In this document: in pieces, positions 30,101 through 40,559 of the stretch | How the letters are laid out: each line of letters opens with the position of its first letter | How positions within the stretch are numbered: the first letter of the stretch is position 1 | From: a virus | Length of the DNA: 64,000 nucleotides | Direction: 5' to 3' (one strand) | Virus record (IMG/VR): IMGVR_UViG_3300021197_001433 | Location: 5,384-69,383 of that record | The notes under the pieces: model-generated | The model's database searches: none | What the model was told of the DNA's origin: nothing | The model's input: only the letters and a program-made list of their open reading frames with translations | Made by a program: the position numbers and the translations under genes

Positions 30101-33100
30101 ACTCACGAATTTTAGTTTTGTAAGGCTTAACCTCATTGATAAAATCTTCAATGAAGTTTGTATTATCAAATTTAAAAGTATTGTACTGATCTAAACTACG
30201 AATCTTATGTGCAACAGTAATGAAACTTGACTTAAACAACCAATCCTGACTAAAGTTATTTTCGTTGATAGCATATTCCATTAAGCGGAAGAACAATTCA
30301 TTCATGTTAATTTCATAGTCACCTATGAACAAATCATTCTTAAGTGCATCAACTATCTGGCGAATTTCATCTGCAGGCACTTTATCAAATGCGCCGAAAT
30401 CAAATGCATCATTATCAAATCCAGTTGCTTGGAAGTTACTGTTAGCAGTGTTAAAACTATACAAACTATCATTAAACTGTAGGGTACCGCGTTCAATAAC
30501 AACTTCGTCCCAGCCTGTGTCTGTCTTAACAAACATGCTAAAGTTGCCTTCATCATTGCTAGTAACTTTTGCAATATCGCCTGTGACTGCATCAGTAAGT
30601 GTAAGCAAGTCTGCTTCAAGTGTTACTTGATATTTTGGAACAGTTGTTCCGTCATACCCTGTAGCATAATAAGTTGCATAATCCCAGTAGTCTGCTGTAT
30701 TGTAGCCCTGAATATTAGTTAACTGGTAACTCTTATCCTCTTGTAGTGTGTAAATTGCCCAGTAGTTGCTTTGGGTCTCATCTTCAAGAACAAGCACTTT
30801 ATAACCAGTTGTAAGAATTGCAGTGTTTAAATAGTCTCTTTCAGCAATGGAATCTACACTAATGTTATATTCACCACTGTTTACAGTAGGAATATTCTCG
30901 CTGCTTAACAATCTGCTTACACTACTAAGTCTAGCAAAAGGTGCTTTCACTAGTATACTATTACAATACTGTGTTAGTACTTTAAGTGCCGCAGCACGGT
31001 TAACAAACATACCCTGTCGAGGCTGTGTAAGTACACCGTACTTTTCAACTTCACTTAGGAATGGATCTGGAACCAAGTTACCAACACTGTCACTGCCTGC
31101 TAGACTGTCAACAAGTTTAGTATACATTCTTGCTGGGATATCTTGGTCAACATTGCCTCTGCCAAACAGTTCATATTCACTGTGAAGCACGCCTTCGTTT
31201 TTAACTACATCATAGTTTACACTTAACACTACATCACTATCTGCAAAATATTGTTTACAGTTGTATAGTGCTATTGCATTCTTGTCAACAATTGCAATAT
31301 ATGGAACGCCCTGTGCTTTTGGATCTTCAATTAACTTTGTTACACTATCTGCACTTATTGTTCTAAATTCTGCCTCTACTGGAATATCAGTTCTACCTGA
31401 AACCCAGAAATAGTAGTATGTCTGTGTGCTATTTGAACTGTTATTGTAAATTACACTAGTTGAAAACTTGTTTACATCTTTGACTGTACCTTCGCCTGTG
31501 TATTGCTCAGGCGGTACAGGACTTTCTATCCATTCGTAAACATCAATACTACTGCCAGGAAAAGCAACATTCCAATAGTTTGTCCTGAAATCCAACTCAC
31601 CTTGTTCTGATAATAGATAATGCACAGTGCTAGTATCCCACCACAGTGTATTATTTTGTTTGTAGTTCCATTTAGCATACAGTGCAGGATCATTATGACT
31701 TACAAATGATAGTTCACTTTGTGCAACTCCAGGTATCTTTCCCTTTGTTGAATCCAAATAATCCAGGAATACCTTTATTTGCCCATCTTTTTTGTTGTAA
31801 AGTGCTACACGATTTATCTGCGTTACATCTACGCGATCACCTTGACTGCGCAAAGTTGCCCAACTGCTTGCTCTTGTATTGTTATTAAATTCATATACAC
31901 TACCACTGTTGTTATATGTTCCTGAATCCTGTGGAGCACCGATGAATATTCTGTTATCACTAAACGCTGCACTTGCACCAAACTGATCCAGTGCTGCTAC
32001 GTTTGTACTCTTGAGTGCTTGTCCAAACACCATTTGACTTGGGTTCGCTAGTGTTGGAACATTGCTATCCAGCAATTCGTACAAGTATCCAGCGCCACTC
32101 TGAGTGCGTCTGTCTGTAAATGTAGTACCATTACTATCATATGTTGTGGTTGCTTCAAGATAGTCTTCACTGTTGCTATCTTGTTCAACATCAAATCCAA
32201 CGGCAAGCATTGTACTTGCTTTGTCACTTGCAATTACAAGGTTGCGTGTTCCTGGATTACTTCCAATCCCTACCTCAACATTTTTATCAAATGCTACAGT
32301 ACGTCCAAAGTTTTCATTTTCAAATGCTTGTGGATGACTAATTTTTTGTGTAAACTTATAAATTTCAAAAACATCATCTCTGGTGAACATTTGCCCACTG
32401 CCAGGATTGATAGTAAGTTTATTATTAGTCTCAGTGCTAGTTGAAGTAATAACAACTTGTCCTAAACTGTTTACACTGCTAGTGACTCCGGGCAAACTAG
32501 CACCTAGTATATCGCCACTTAGGTTTGCTGGATTGTCACTACTACTAGACACTGTGATCAATTTATTATTCAAGTAGAATGTATCGCCTGCAGTTTGTGC
32601 ATGTGGGACATTGGTTGTTACTGTGCCATAATTTTTTCCTGTGTCCTGGAATATAAACACACTGCCCGTGTTTGGATTGGTCTCATCCTCACCCGGACTT
32701 CCAATAGCAACCATGGTAGCGTCGCTATCAACAGCAACGCTGTATCCAAACTGCTCACCTTCTGTAACAGTTTGTCCTGTAATATTCTGATCTATTTTTT
32801 GTTTTTCAATAAATGTACCAGTGTAAACAACAATTCTTGCACCACTTGCTGGTGTGTATTTGAATGTAATTGTTTTCGCTGAACGTGTATAAAATCCTTC
32901 GCTGGATCCATCATTATCAACTGGAACATCAGGATTGTTTGTCTCAGTTTGTAGTATACCATCTACCTCAACAAAAATCTGTGTTTGTAAATCTTCAGTT
33001 GTAGTAAAGCCTTTTGTTATACCATCTCCTGCAAATTGCTGCACAACCTGACTTTGTATACTGACTTCACCAGCATCGCCGAACACTGTACTATCCGTAC

Positions 33101-36100
33101 CTGCAACAGCGGCGTTAGGTGCACCTATAACTACTGTGCGACCTTGATAATCACAATCTATAGCAAAACCATAGTTGTCACCAGTACTGGCATCAAACGG
33201 TACAAGCATATCGCTTAGTGCATAGTAATCTTCTTGTCTAATAACAACATCTAATCCGTTTGCAGGAGCAGCAACAAAAGTTATATCACTTCCGCTTATT
33301 GTAAAATCTTTAGTAGGCAAGTATACGTTGCCATTTTCGTCTGTAATATTAAGTGCAAGAATGTTAATTGGTGTAAAGCCTAGTGCAAAAACTTTAGTTG
33401 CACTAGCATCACCTGTAACAGTTTTTACTTCCTGACTGGATACAGGTATAGTTACCTGTGTATAACAATATATGTCATTGCTACCTGGAGCACCAACAAA
33501 CAAATATCTACCATTGCCGCTCATTACAACACTGGTTCCAAATTTATCACTAGCACCTAATCCTGCAGGACGTATTGCAGGACGTCTGTTAAATTGACCA
33601 CTACTATCAACATAGTAAATGAATACTGCACCTCTACCGCTTTGTGTTTCTGGTGCACCTACTGCAACATAGTCAACGCCTGCTGCAACGCTGTGTCCAA
33701 AACTATCAACTGAGTTACCAATTGTTGCAACTGCAAATGAGTTACCCTCTACTAGAACTCCGCCTTCACTGCGAACATATGGAGTAACCAGTCCATAACC
33801 ATTGTCTGGAGCGCCAACAATTGCAACAGTCGCACTTCTGTTTAGTGCTACACTTGTACCATATTTGTCGTCTGCATTAATACTAGCAGCAGTTTTTACA
33901 CCTGTTGTTGTCCAAGGTCTTGTATTTTGCAATACTTGCCATTTGCCGTTATTGTCCTTATCAACCCAAACAAGTTCTTTGTTATTCCAACCACTAACTG
34001 GAGTATATGTGCTTAAACTACTTGGTTGAGCAAAACGTACATTACTAAGTTTGTACATAGGAATGTTAATGTCAGTTATTTCTGCTTCTGTTTCAGCATC
34101 TACTATTGTAAACTTATTGGGTGCTGATACTTCAAAAATCTTTGCTACCTTACCAATTGGTTGTGCAGCGCGAATAATAACATAATCATCTTCAACAAGT
34201 CCATGATTTACATCTGTAGTGTAAATTAAATATCCATTGCCAGTACTTTCAACACTTGTAACTGTACTAAGTGTTTCATCAATTCTACGGATACTCCAGG
34301 TATTGGAATCATCAGTAGCAATCCAAATTTTCTTACCTTTGCCTAGTTCTTCAATTCTGTCGCTAAGTCCGAGTAGTTCACTGGTATTGAACACTGTAAA
34401 ATCTACATCATCTAAACGTGCATAACCTGCACTGTCTAAATCTTTGAGCGTATTTGTATTTGAATCTCGTACGGAGAAAACATCGCCCGTGTAGTTGTTG
34501 GGTTTTTTGTAAAGGTCTTTTTCTTGAACATGATAATGCCCAAGTTCAGTAGTGCTTGGCAAGTCACCAGCAGCATGATAATGCAATACAAAAGGATTAT
34601 TAGTTGCTTCTTGTTCTGGAATAATTGTTTCGATAATTTGGTTACTATCTATACTTCCATATTCACCAACACGGAATGCCCACTCTTCAAAATAATCAAT
34701 AGTTTGATCAAGGTTAGTAAGTTTGGCATCAATCAGTTTGTTAATTGCTGCACCTGTGCCTTTTTGTTTCAGCATACCCTGGTAGAACTTTACCTGACTA
34801 ACATCATCCAGTCCTAATCCTGCGAGATAATCTTTCTCGTTGAATCCAATTATACCTTTGCCTAGTTTGTCTACACCATCTTCTAAATTAAGATTATCAG
34901 TTTCAAAAAAGTCTTTAAACTGAGTTGCTTTGTTTGCAAGGTTTTTAACAAGCCCTGTCTTAATATTGTCTGCAACTGTCCAGTCATTATAATCAAATAC
35001 AGTGCTACCATCTACTGCATATTTTGCTACATAAGTAGTTCCTTGGAAACTAACAATATCGCCTTTCTTATAATCAGTATAGGTTGCCCAAACGTTAATT
35101 TTATCTTCGTTAATAAAGAAGCCAGGAGCATGCAGTGTGCCGTTCCAGTCGCCACTGCGAGCACCTATAAGTTTTAACCTGCTATGTCTATTACCCAATT
35201 CTGGCTGGTAGATAATATCATTAAAGATTGTTGTATTATTAAACACTAGTACATGTTCATGTTGGATAGGATCCAGTTGCACACTGTATAACTGTGTATT
35301 CTCTGCATCTACTTTAATTTCAATTACGTTATCTATTCTGCTTACATCATAGAACTTTGGATTAATAATACTTCCATTTGCATCTTTTATTTCACCATTG
35401 GTTCTAATGTCATCAATAGTAGCATATGCACGATTTAATGTAAGCGTATCACTATAAGGACTAATAACAATAACACTACCCAAGGGCCACTTTTGGTCTG
35501 TCCAAAAAGCAAATTCTTTGCCTGCACTGATAAAGTCGTTCTTTTCACCAACGCCTGTTGTGCCATCAAATACGAATCCACGACTTAGTAAGTACCTTTG
35601 ATAACTTACGAGGAAATCAAATACTTGTTGTCGATTTGTAATTATTGTGCCATAGGGTATATTTACAATACGATTTTCAAAGTCTTTATACTCGAGGTAT
35701 ACTGTTTCGCCAACGCTAACACGAGCAGGATCTGTGCCTTCACTACTAGGGATAATTTTAAAGAAAGGATTCTTAATATCATACCCTTGTATTTCATAGC
35801 CATCTGCTCGTTGAATAATCTGTACGCCACTGTATACAACACGCTCCAGAGGTAGACTCTTTTTAGTATAAATGTTAAGATCTTCGTCTGGTATAAAAAT
35901 GTTTTCACTTTGGCTGCTAGGTGTTACACTTTCAGCAACAACCTTAAGGTATTGCTTATCTGTAAAACCTGCCATACCATAGCAAAGGTTAAGTTCAAGA
36001 TTGTTAATTCTATTAATTGCATCATCTACGCTGAAGCCATTGTATCTTAAATATTCACTTATAAATTGATTGTAACCTTCTACTTCTTTGTGACTATGTG

Positions 36101-39100
36101 TATCATTATCTTCCTCAGCGCCGGTGGCTTGTCCATGTAGTTCGAAATCTACAATGCCAGGTCTGTAGCTCTTGAACTTTTGTAGTATTTGGTCATACTG
36201 TGCATTTTTTTCAAACAAGTTAGTATCAAACATAAGTGTGCCGTACTTTGCTGCTTTAATTGTTGCAGCAAGTATTTGCACTACATATGGATATTCACTA
36301 CTGCGCCTCCATGCAGTTTCACCAGGCGATCCATCACTAAATGCCCAATCGTCGCTGACATTTGTACTAAACGCATCTTGTACTAGGAATTCAGCAGGGC
36401 TACGAAGTTGTCCTTGTTCGTCAACAGGTATTATACTCATTAAATCTGGACGCTGTCGTCTTGTATCAATAGTAAATGTTGTGCCAGTTGCATCAGTGTA
36501 AACTTTTCCATCACGCAAATCTTCCCAGAGCACTGTGTTGCCACTTGTATAAGGAGCAACACCATAGCGTTGATCCCACCACAGTGGCTTTTCTTTAACG
36601 CCCAGCATTTGCCATGGCTTAGTGTGAGGGGTGTCTGTATCGAAGAACCAATTGTAAATTGCACGCCAATGACCTGGGATTCTGCTTCCATCTATTTTAT
36701 AAACACTGTTTCTATAGTTCCAAGTAAATGGATTGCCTGCTTCAACTGTATCATTTTTCTGCATTCTTACTTTGTTACGCAGAGCCCATTCACCAAAGTA
36801 ACTACGGATAATATTATTTGCTTCAGCAAAATCAGTAAGAGTGCTACGGAAATACCCAGGAACTACTTCTGTAATATCAAATAAGTCCTTGTTATACTGT
36901 GTCTTAATATTATTGAATATACGTTTTTCAAGTTCTAGTACAACGTTGTCTCTGATGTCGTCCCAGCCTATCCATACGCTGCCATCATGTCCTTGGATAA
37001 CAGTTTTTTCTACAGTATATGTATTATCAGCATACTTGTTTGGTATAAACTTTGGATACAATCCCATTGCACTAGGAGTTGGTGGAATAAAACTACCATG
37101 TGTATTTGTATATTCTACAATAGTAATTTTGTCATCTACACTTAAACCAATTAATGCAACATCTAAATTTGTTGTAGTAAGTACTACCTTTGCTTCTGTA
37201 GTATCAAATGTATAATCCTGTCCTTCAACAAGAAGGTTAGGAACGCCAGTGCTAATTGGTGTATGATATACTAGTACACCACGGCTGCCTATACTTGTAA
37301 GATCAAATTGGGTTGTAAATTCAAATTCAGTTTCTGCGGCATCATCAATAGTATACACTAGTTGTGATTTTTGATTTCCCCAGGGTACCATGTCGCTGAA
37401 GTAAAATGGGAAAGTACTAGTTTTTGTACCTGCCATAAACAACAGAATATCATCAACACACTTTGCAGGATCTGTCAAATCAAGGTCAAGTTTATTAATG
37501 TTATCAATAAATCTATTTTTAAATTTAGTATACTCATTCTTAACGAAGTTTATACTATCAATAGTGTTTGCTTCTGTATTGCTTAGTAGGTGCATTGGCA
37601 ATATCATGCCAGCACTGTGTTGTAATATATTACCGGGATATGCACGGAAGTTTGTATCACGTAGGTTACTTTTGCCAGGAGCAACACCAAGTAGAGTTTT
37701 AATTTGTCTACTAAGTTGTACAGCATGGTTACGCATTTGTCCCAGTGTTAGTGTGTCAAATGTTGCGTTGCCTGCATTGTTTTGTAGATTATCTGGTACC
37801 TCGTAAAAACTATTTGGTGATTTGTTTGCACTAATAAACTTGATAACAACCACATCATTTTCATTCAGCGCAGTTGTAAACACAACATATTCTCTATCCT
37901 GTTGTATTAAATGAGTGTAATCAGTTTTATATATAAACTGTCCATTTACACTTACCTGCAGCGGCTCTCTAATTCTACTAGTATCAACACTTGCACCTAT
38001 TTCAAAACTGTTTAGTTCATTTGCACTAACTTCATATGTAACAATCTGATACTGTGTACTATTTTCAATAGTTTTTGTCCAGCCATTGTATAGCACTCTA
38101 TTTCCGTCAATATCAAACTGATGTGCGTGTCCACTGCGTACAATTACATTTGTGTTACCTGTGCTTTTTGTATATTGGAATATATCACTATCAAAATTGT
38201 TTTCAAATACAATGTCACCAATTGTACTAAAGTTTTGATAACTTAATCCAAAGTTTAGAATTGCATCTGGACTATTGTTATTGTTACGCTTATAACTAAA
38301 CAGTTTGTTTCCAGTAAAGTTACTACTTGGATATTTTGTTGTGTCACTAAAACTAGTATGATCTGGATCAAATATATCAAACAATGGATCCTGATTTAGT
38401 GTTGTTTTTTGTTGTGCTTCAGTCCAAACAGTGTCATCTAAATAAAATTGTTTGCCCTGATTAGTTGCACCAAGTGTACTAAGCACACAGTTAGTGTCTA
38501 CAACTGTGCCTATATCAACAAGATTAATAATTTCAACTTTACCTGAGGTATTTCCTCCATCTGCACCAACAGTTGTACTATCTGCAAAAATTGATAGTGA
38601 ATCAGTGGTTGCTGCACTTTGATCTGCACTAATTATATCCACACGATAAATTTTTGTTCTAACATCAGTGTCTGTGTCTGCACTGAAGATCACTGTGCTA
38701 TCTTGCTGCAAATCAATACCATCAGCAAAATAACCTGGTGTGCCATTTACATTACTAAGTGCATCTGTTTGTGTTGTGTCTACTACAGTAACAGGAGCAA
38801 CACTAGTTGTTCCCATGTTGAATAATTCTAGTCCACTGTAAAATTCAATAATTGGACGTTTTGCTCTTGCAGTGTCATCTAAATCTGCAGTATAGTTGTT
38901 ATAAGTTGCTGTTGCTTCAATAACTTCTCTGTGGAACCAGCGATTGCCACGACTCCAAGCATTACGATCTGGACTTGCACGATTAATAGTAATGTAATCC
39001 TGATCTTTAGGAGCATTTAGTGTTCCGTCCCAGCCACCAGCATCATATGCTACTGAATCAAATCCATCACTGGTACTGTTAGTGTATTTTTCAGGTGTAA

Positions 39101-40559
39101 TCATTTCGTCAACTGCAACCAGTTGTATACCGCCTGGTTGTCCTACACCTTCAACATAGTATTCTCTGTCGCCATATAGTGCAGGCGTAACATTGCTGTT
39201 AAATTCTACTTTAAGTCCATTTGTAAATTTTACACTGTTTGCACTTGTAAATGATTGTTTATTGAGTATATCTTCTGTAACATTAATAGCGGCTGTAACA
39301 TCCTCATCTACAATTTGGATTTTACCAAACTGCAGTTCATTTGTTGCATCCTGATAATACAGTGTATTCAATCCTGCTGTATAGGGCTCTATTAGTTCTG
39401 GAACTCCACTGGCATTTTTATAGAATTCTCTATTACCATATAAGTTACCCTGTTTAATTTTAACTTTTTCTGCAACGGGCCAATCAGTGCTACGAGTAAG
39501 TTGAACTGTATCAACGCCACCAACTTTGTTTACTGCAATACTATATACATCATAGCGAACATCCACAGGCAGTGTAGTTGTTTCGTCCCAAGGATGATCG
39601 TCATCATCATATCCGTATGCGTCAAATGGTGCGCCCTGTTCCCAGTCACTTGCTACTGTACTAGGACTTACAAATACTAGTGTCTTTCCATCAATTTCTG
39701 TTTGTACATCAATGCCGCCATGTGTGTCAATCAGTGTTTGATAAGGTACATTGTGAATATCTTTGTATGCAAGATCAGTAGCAAAGTCAGGATTTGCAGC
39801 CTGTGTTGCGTTTATCATAATATTTTGTGCGTTAGTAGCAGGAACATTAAAGGTAATCGTTCCATTATCTTCGCCATTGTTAGTAAGTCCAAGTATTTTT
39901 CTTGTGCTTACATTACTTCCATAGTTACTAATGCCAGACAAGCCTGGTTCAGTTTGGATCCAAAATGGATGACCTGATTGTTGTACACTAAATGTGTAAC
40001 TACCGCCACGGGCAATTGTAATAGTTGGATTTTCGTTATCACTATTATCAATGCTGTATTCATCAACACCAGCAACTGTGCGTCGTGTAATAGCAAAATC
40101 TTTTTCCATATCGACGACACTGTTAAAAACTTGCACACTGTCAGGGCCTGCTGGCAACCAAAAGTATTCGCCATAGTTTACAAGTTTGTCTAAATCATTA
40201 AAACCACTGTAGTTGTAATATTCTTGGTCGTTAAGATCAGCATGTGTGTCAACATTTACATTATTGTATCTCAGTTGATTAATAAAGTCAATGTAACCAG
40301 TCAAACTTTCAATGCTTTTATTAGCACTGCGATAAACAACCGCAGGCTCAAGTTGATAATTTTGTCTATCTTTGTCTATCTCTTGGACATAACTATCTCC
40401 TACTTGAAAACTTGCTGCTTGCTGCCGACCAATATAACTGTTAATTCTTGTTAAATTAGGTTCACTGATTAACTGGTCAACAGTAGCGTTAAGAAACTTG
40501 TTGTTTTTATTAGTTTGAAATACGTCTGGTAATAAGACTTGACTTTTACGAAGTGCCAT
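27117..40559 (-). CDS. Giant (4480 aa) baseplate/structural protein with FG-GAP-like propeller repeats
   Basis: Uninterrupted 13.4 kb ORF directly after the gp6-like gene; repeated FG.SVA..VGAP motifs; G.GY..P.I domains. Confidence 0.8.
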   Translation of the reverse strand: MALRKSQVLLPDVFQTNKNNKFLNATVDQLISEPNLTRINSYIGRQQAASFQVGDSYVQEIDKDRQNYQLEPAVVYRSANKSIESLTGYIDFINQLRYNNVNVDTHADLNDQEYYNYSGFNDLDKLVNYGEYFWLPAGPDSVQVFNSVVDMEKDFAITRRTVAGVDEYSIDNSDNENPTITIARGGSYTFSVQQSGHPFWIQTEPGLSGISNYGSNVSTRKILGLTNNGEDNGTITFNVPATNAQNIMINATQAANPDFATDLAYKDIHNVPYQTLIDTHGGIDVQTEIDGKTLVFVSPSTVASDWEQGAPFDAYGYDDDDHPWDETTTLPVDVRYDVYSIAVNKVGGVDTVQLTRSTDWPVAEKVKIKQGNLYGNREFYKNASGVPELIEPYTAGLNTLYYQDATNELQFGKIQIVDEDVTAAINVTEDILNKQSFTSANSVKFTNGLKVEFNSNVTPALYGDREYYVEGVGQPGGIQLVAVDEMITPEKYTNSTSDGFDSVAYDAGGWDGTLNAPKDQDYITINRASPDRNAWSRGNRWFHREVIEATATYNNYTADLDDTARAKRPIIEFYSGLELFNMGTTSVAPVTVVDTTQTDALSNVNGTPGYFADGIDLQQDSTVIFSADTDTDVRTKIYRVDIISADQSAATTDSLSIFADSTTVGADGGNTSGKVEIINLVDIGTVVDTNCVLSTLGATNQGKQFYLDDTVWTEAQQKTTLNQDPLFDIFDPDHTSFSDTTKYPSSNFTGNKLFSYKRNNNNSPDAILNFGLSYQNFSTIGDIVFENNFDSDIFQYTKSTGNTNVIVRSGHAHQFDIDGNRVLYNGWTKTIENSTQYQIVTYEVSANELNSFEIGASVDTSRIREPLQVSVNGQFIYKTDYTHLIQQDREYVVFTTALNENDVVVIKFISANKSPNSFYEVPDNLQNNAGNATFDTLTLGQMRNHAVQLSRQIKTLLGVAPGKSNLRDTNFRAYPGNILQHSAGMILPMHLLSNTEANTIDSINFVKNEYTKFKNRFIDNINKLDLDLTDPAKCVDDILLFMAGTKTSTFPFYFSDMVPWGNQKSQLVYTIDDAAETEFEFTTQFDLTSIGSRGVLVYHTPISTGVPNLLVEGQDYTFDTTEAKVVLTTTNLDVALIGLSVDDKITIVEYTNTHGSFIPPTPSAMGLYPKFIPNKYADNTYTVEKTVIQGHDGSVWIGWDDIRDNVVLELEKRIFNNIKTQYNKDLFDITEVVPGYFRSTLTDFAEANNIIRSYFGEWALRNKVRMQKNDTVEAGNPFTWNYRNSVYKIDGSRIPGHWRAIYNWFFDTDTPHTKPWQMLGVKEKPLWWDQRYGVAPYTSGNTVLWEDLRDGKVYTDATGTTFTIDTRRQRPDLMSIIPVDEQGQLRSPAEFLVQDAFSTNVSDDWAFSDGSPGETAWRRSSEYPYVVQILAATIKAAKYGTLMFDTNLFEKNAQYDQILQKFKSYRPGIVDFELHGQATGAEEDNDTHSHKEVEGYNQFISEYLRYNGFSVDDAINRINNLELNLCYGMAGFTDKQYLKVVAESVTPSSQSENIFIPDEDLNIYTKKSLPLERVVYSGVQIIQRADGYEIQGYDIKNPFFKIIPSSEGTDPARVSVGETVYLEYKDFENRIVNIPYGTIITNRQQVFDFLVSYQRYLLSRGFVFDGTTGVGEKNDFISAGKEFAFWTDQKWPLGSVIVISPYSDTLTLNRAYATIDDIRTNGEIKDANGSIINPKFYDVSRIDNVIEIKVDAENTQLYSVQLDPIQHEHVLVFNNTTIFNDIIYQPELGNRHSRLKLIGARSGDWNGTLHAPGFFINEDKINVWATYTDYKKGDIVSFQGTTYVAKYAVDGSTVFDYNDWTVADNIKTGLVKNLANKATQFKDFFETDNLNLEDGVDKLGKGIIGFNEKDYLAGLGLDDVSQVKFYQGMLKQKGTGAAINKLIDAKLTNLDQTIDYFEEWAFRVGEYGSIDSNQIIETIIPEQEATNNPFVLHYHAAGDLPSTTELGHYHVQEKDLYKKPNNYTGDVFSVRDSNTNTLKDLDSAGYARLDDVDFTVFNTSELLGLSDRIEELGKGKKIWIATDDSNTWSIRRIDETLSTVTSVESTGNGYLIYTTDVNHGLVEDDYVIIRAAQPIGKVAKIFEVSAPNKFTIVDAETEAEITDINIPMYKLSNVRFAQPSSLSTYTPVSGWNNKELVWVDKDNNGKWQVLQNTRPWTTTGVKTAASINADDKYGTSVALNRSATVAIVGAPDNGYGLVTPYVRSEGGVLVEGNSFAVATIGNSVDSFGHSVAAGVDYVAVGAPETQSGRGAVFIYYVDSSGQFNRRPAIRPAGLGASDKFGTSVVMSGNGRYLFVGAPGSNDIYCYTQVTIPVSSQEVKTVTGDASATKVFALGFTPINILALNITDENGNVYLPTKDFTISGSDITFVAAPANGLDVVIRQEDYYALSDMLVPFDASTGDNYGFAIDCDYQGRTVVIGAPNAAVAGTDSTVFGDAGEVSIQSQVVQQFAGDGITKGFTTTEDLQTQIFVEVDGILQTETNNPDVPVDNDGSSEGFYTRSAKTITFKYTPASGARIVVYTGTFIEKQKIDQNITGQTVTEGEQFGYSVAVDSDATMVAIGSPGEDETNPNTGSVFIFQDTGKNYGTVTTNVPHAQTAGDTFYLNNKLITVSSSSDNPANLSGDILGASLPGVTSSVNSLGQVVITSTSTETNNKLTINPGSGQMFTRDDVFEIYKFTQKISHPQAFENENFGRTVAFDKNVEVGIGSNPGTRNLVIASDKASTMLAVGFDVEQDSNSEDYLEATTTYDSNGTTFTDRRTQSGAGYLYELLDSNVPTLANPSQMVFGQALKSTNVAALDQFGASAAFSDNRIFIGAPQDSGTYNNSGSVYEFNNNTRASSWATLRSQGDRVDVTQINRVALYNKKDGQIKVFLDYLDSTKGKIPGVAQSELSFVSHNDPALYAKWNYKQNNTLWWDTSTVHYLLSEQGELDFRTNYWNVAFPGSSIDVYEWIESPVPPEQYTGEGTVKDVNKFSTSVIYNNSSNSTQTYYYFWVSGRTDIPVEAEFRTISADSVTKLIEDPKAQGVPYIAIVDKNAIALYNCKQYFADSDVVLSVNYDVVKNEGVLHSEYELFGRGNVDQDIPARMYTKLVDSLAGSDSVGNLVPDPFLSEVEKYGVLTQPRQGMFVNRAAALKVLTQYCNSILVKAPFARLSSVSRLLSSENIPTVNSGEYNISVDSIAERDYLNTAILTTGYKVLVLEDETQSNYWAIYTLQEDKSYQLTNIQGYNTADYWDYATYYATGYDGTTVPKYQVTLEADLLTLTDAVTGDIAKVTSNDEGNFSMFVKTDTGWDEVVIERGTLQFNDSLYSFNTANSNFQATGFDNDAFDFGAFDKVPADEIRQIVDALKNDLFIGDYEINMNELFFRLMEYAINENNFSQDWLFKSSFITVAHKIRSLDQYNTFKFDNTNFIEDFINEVKPYKTKIREYVSKYDKVDTYGSDTTDFDIHSFYDENNLYFRKPSGDFAGDEILQTQGLNKPWSENYGYSLDSIEIVNAGSGYVTDPTITISAPDLADGVQATAVAITNGVEIVNVNMTNKGSGYTSEPTITVDGSAGSGLLLSPRLVNTTIRSFDTTIKFDRITYSSAIKDWTKNTAYVVDDIIAYQDTVTKTQEVYTCIVDFTSGSTFSIENTTGVTVLEVKADNDFTNAADRISAYYYPTSGMIGDDIELLQNGIGYGGTKITGPGFDQNPGFDSANFDVIGFDDIQIDDDGIAVISSIDTVFRGTDFDQAGIIGDVFVEPGYLPPGYLVELSLGVAPESIIVDGAGFVDTYNSHAPEELIPGRIFDTLDMEVYTHSSNDYEGDGNGAEIQYTSYTDPTGTLQTFSYGDPNKSEDDFVYLIVYINETRQFDFTNDGFRNNNIRLPNPLGPTDILHIYAFSQTGENMIGNYTYVGDGSTIGFVLPNVPERTQQTLIYVDGQEVGATFTTQDNRSLMTLSSVPNNGAHIHVFVFNQAEDRKAATKFATQTLETDGTTTLFGLSYMVEGYVEDGYLFGGAKAFYAPPGSANSVLEVDNKRIRPVNSVYHTADGSSLQFATPQTCGEGNIVFVGAISVAILRKDGTPALSAVRDIDYTISTGTQFVTMTTAPNEGDIVIVTDNTSADFTISLDGESMLMSADVPQTASSDIKLQAFSNHDPLRIQTKVYVGQGTGSTTIEDAFDEVNFDTAGFDRQVTSGTVGTYAIDRTATNVNHFWITVDGKRLHPGEFTVSGKNVIMSEAVQDTIGGSSVVIITHFTENIIQYPVGFRIFQDMNGNVEYLRLAKDNQTFVTETVEITDTKIYVEDASVLPFANVNASNPGVVFIGGERITYWEVSLEDNYITNLRRGTSGTGMLQRITPGFIVVDGSKDQELPDSTTHTKVWYDAGIHNTPANGLGIQQATTTNANFLREKQAQVPNYRLELNEKNYFAKDYVVTGYAEDLI

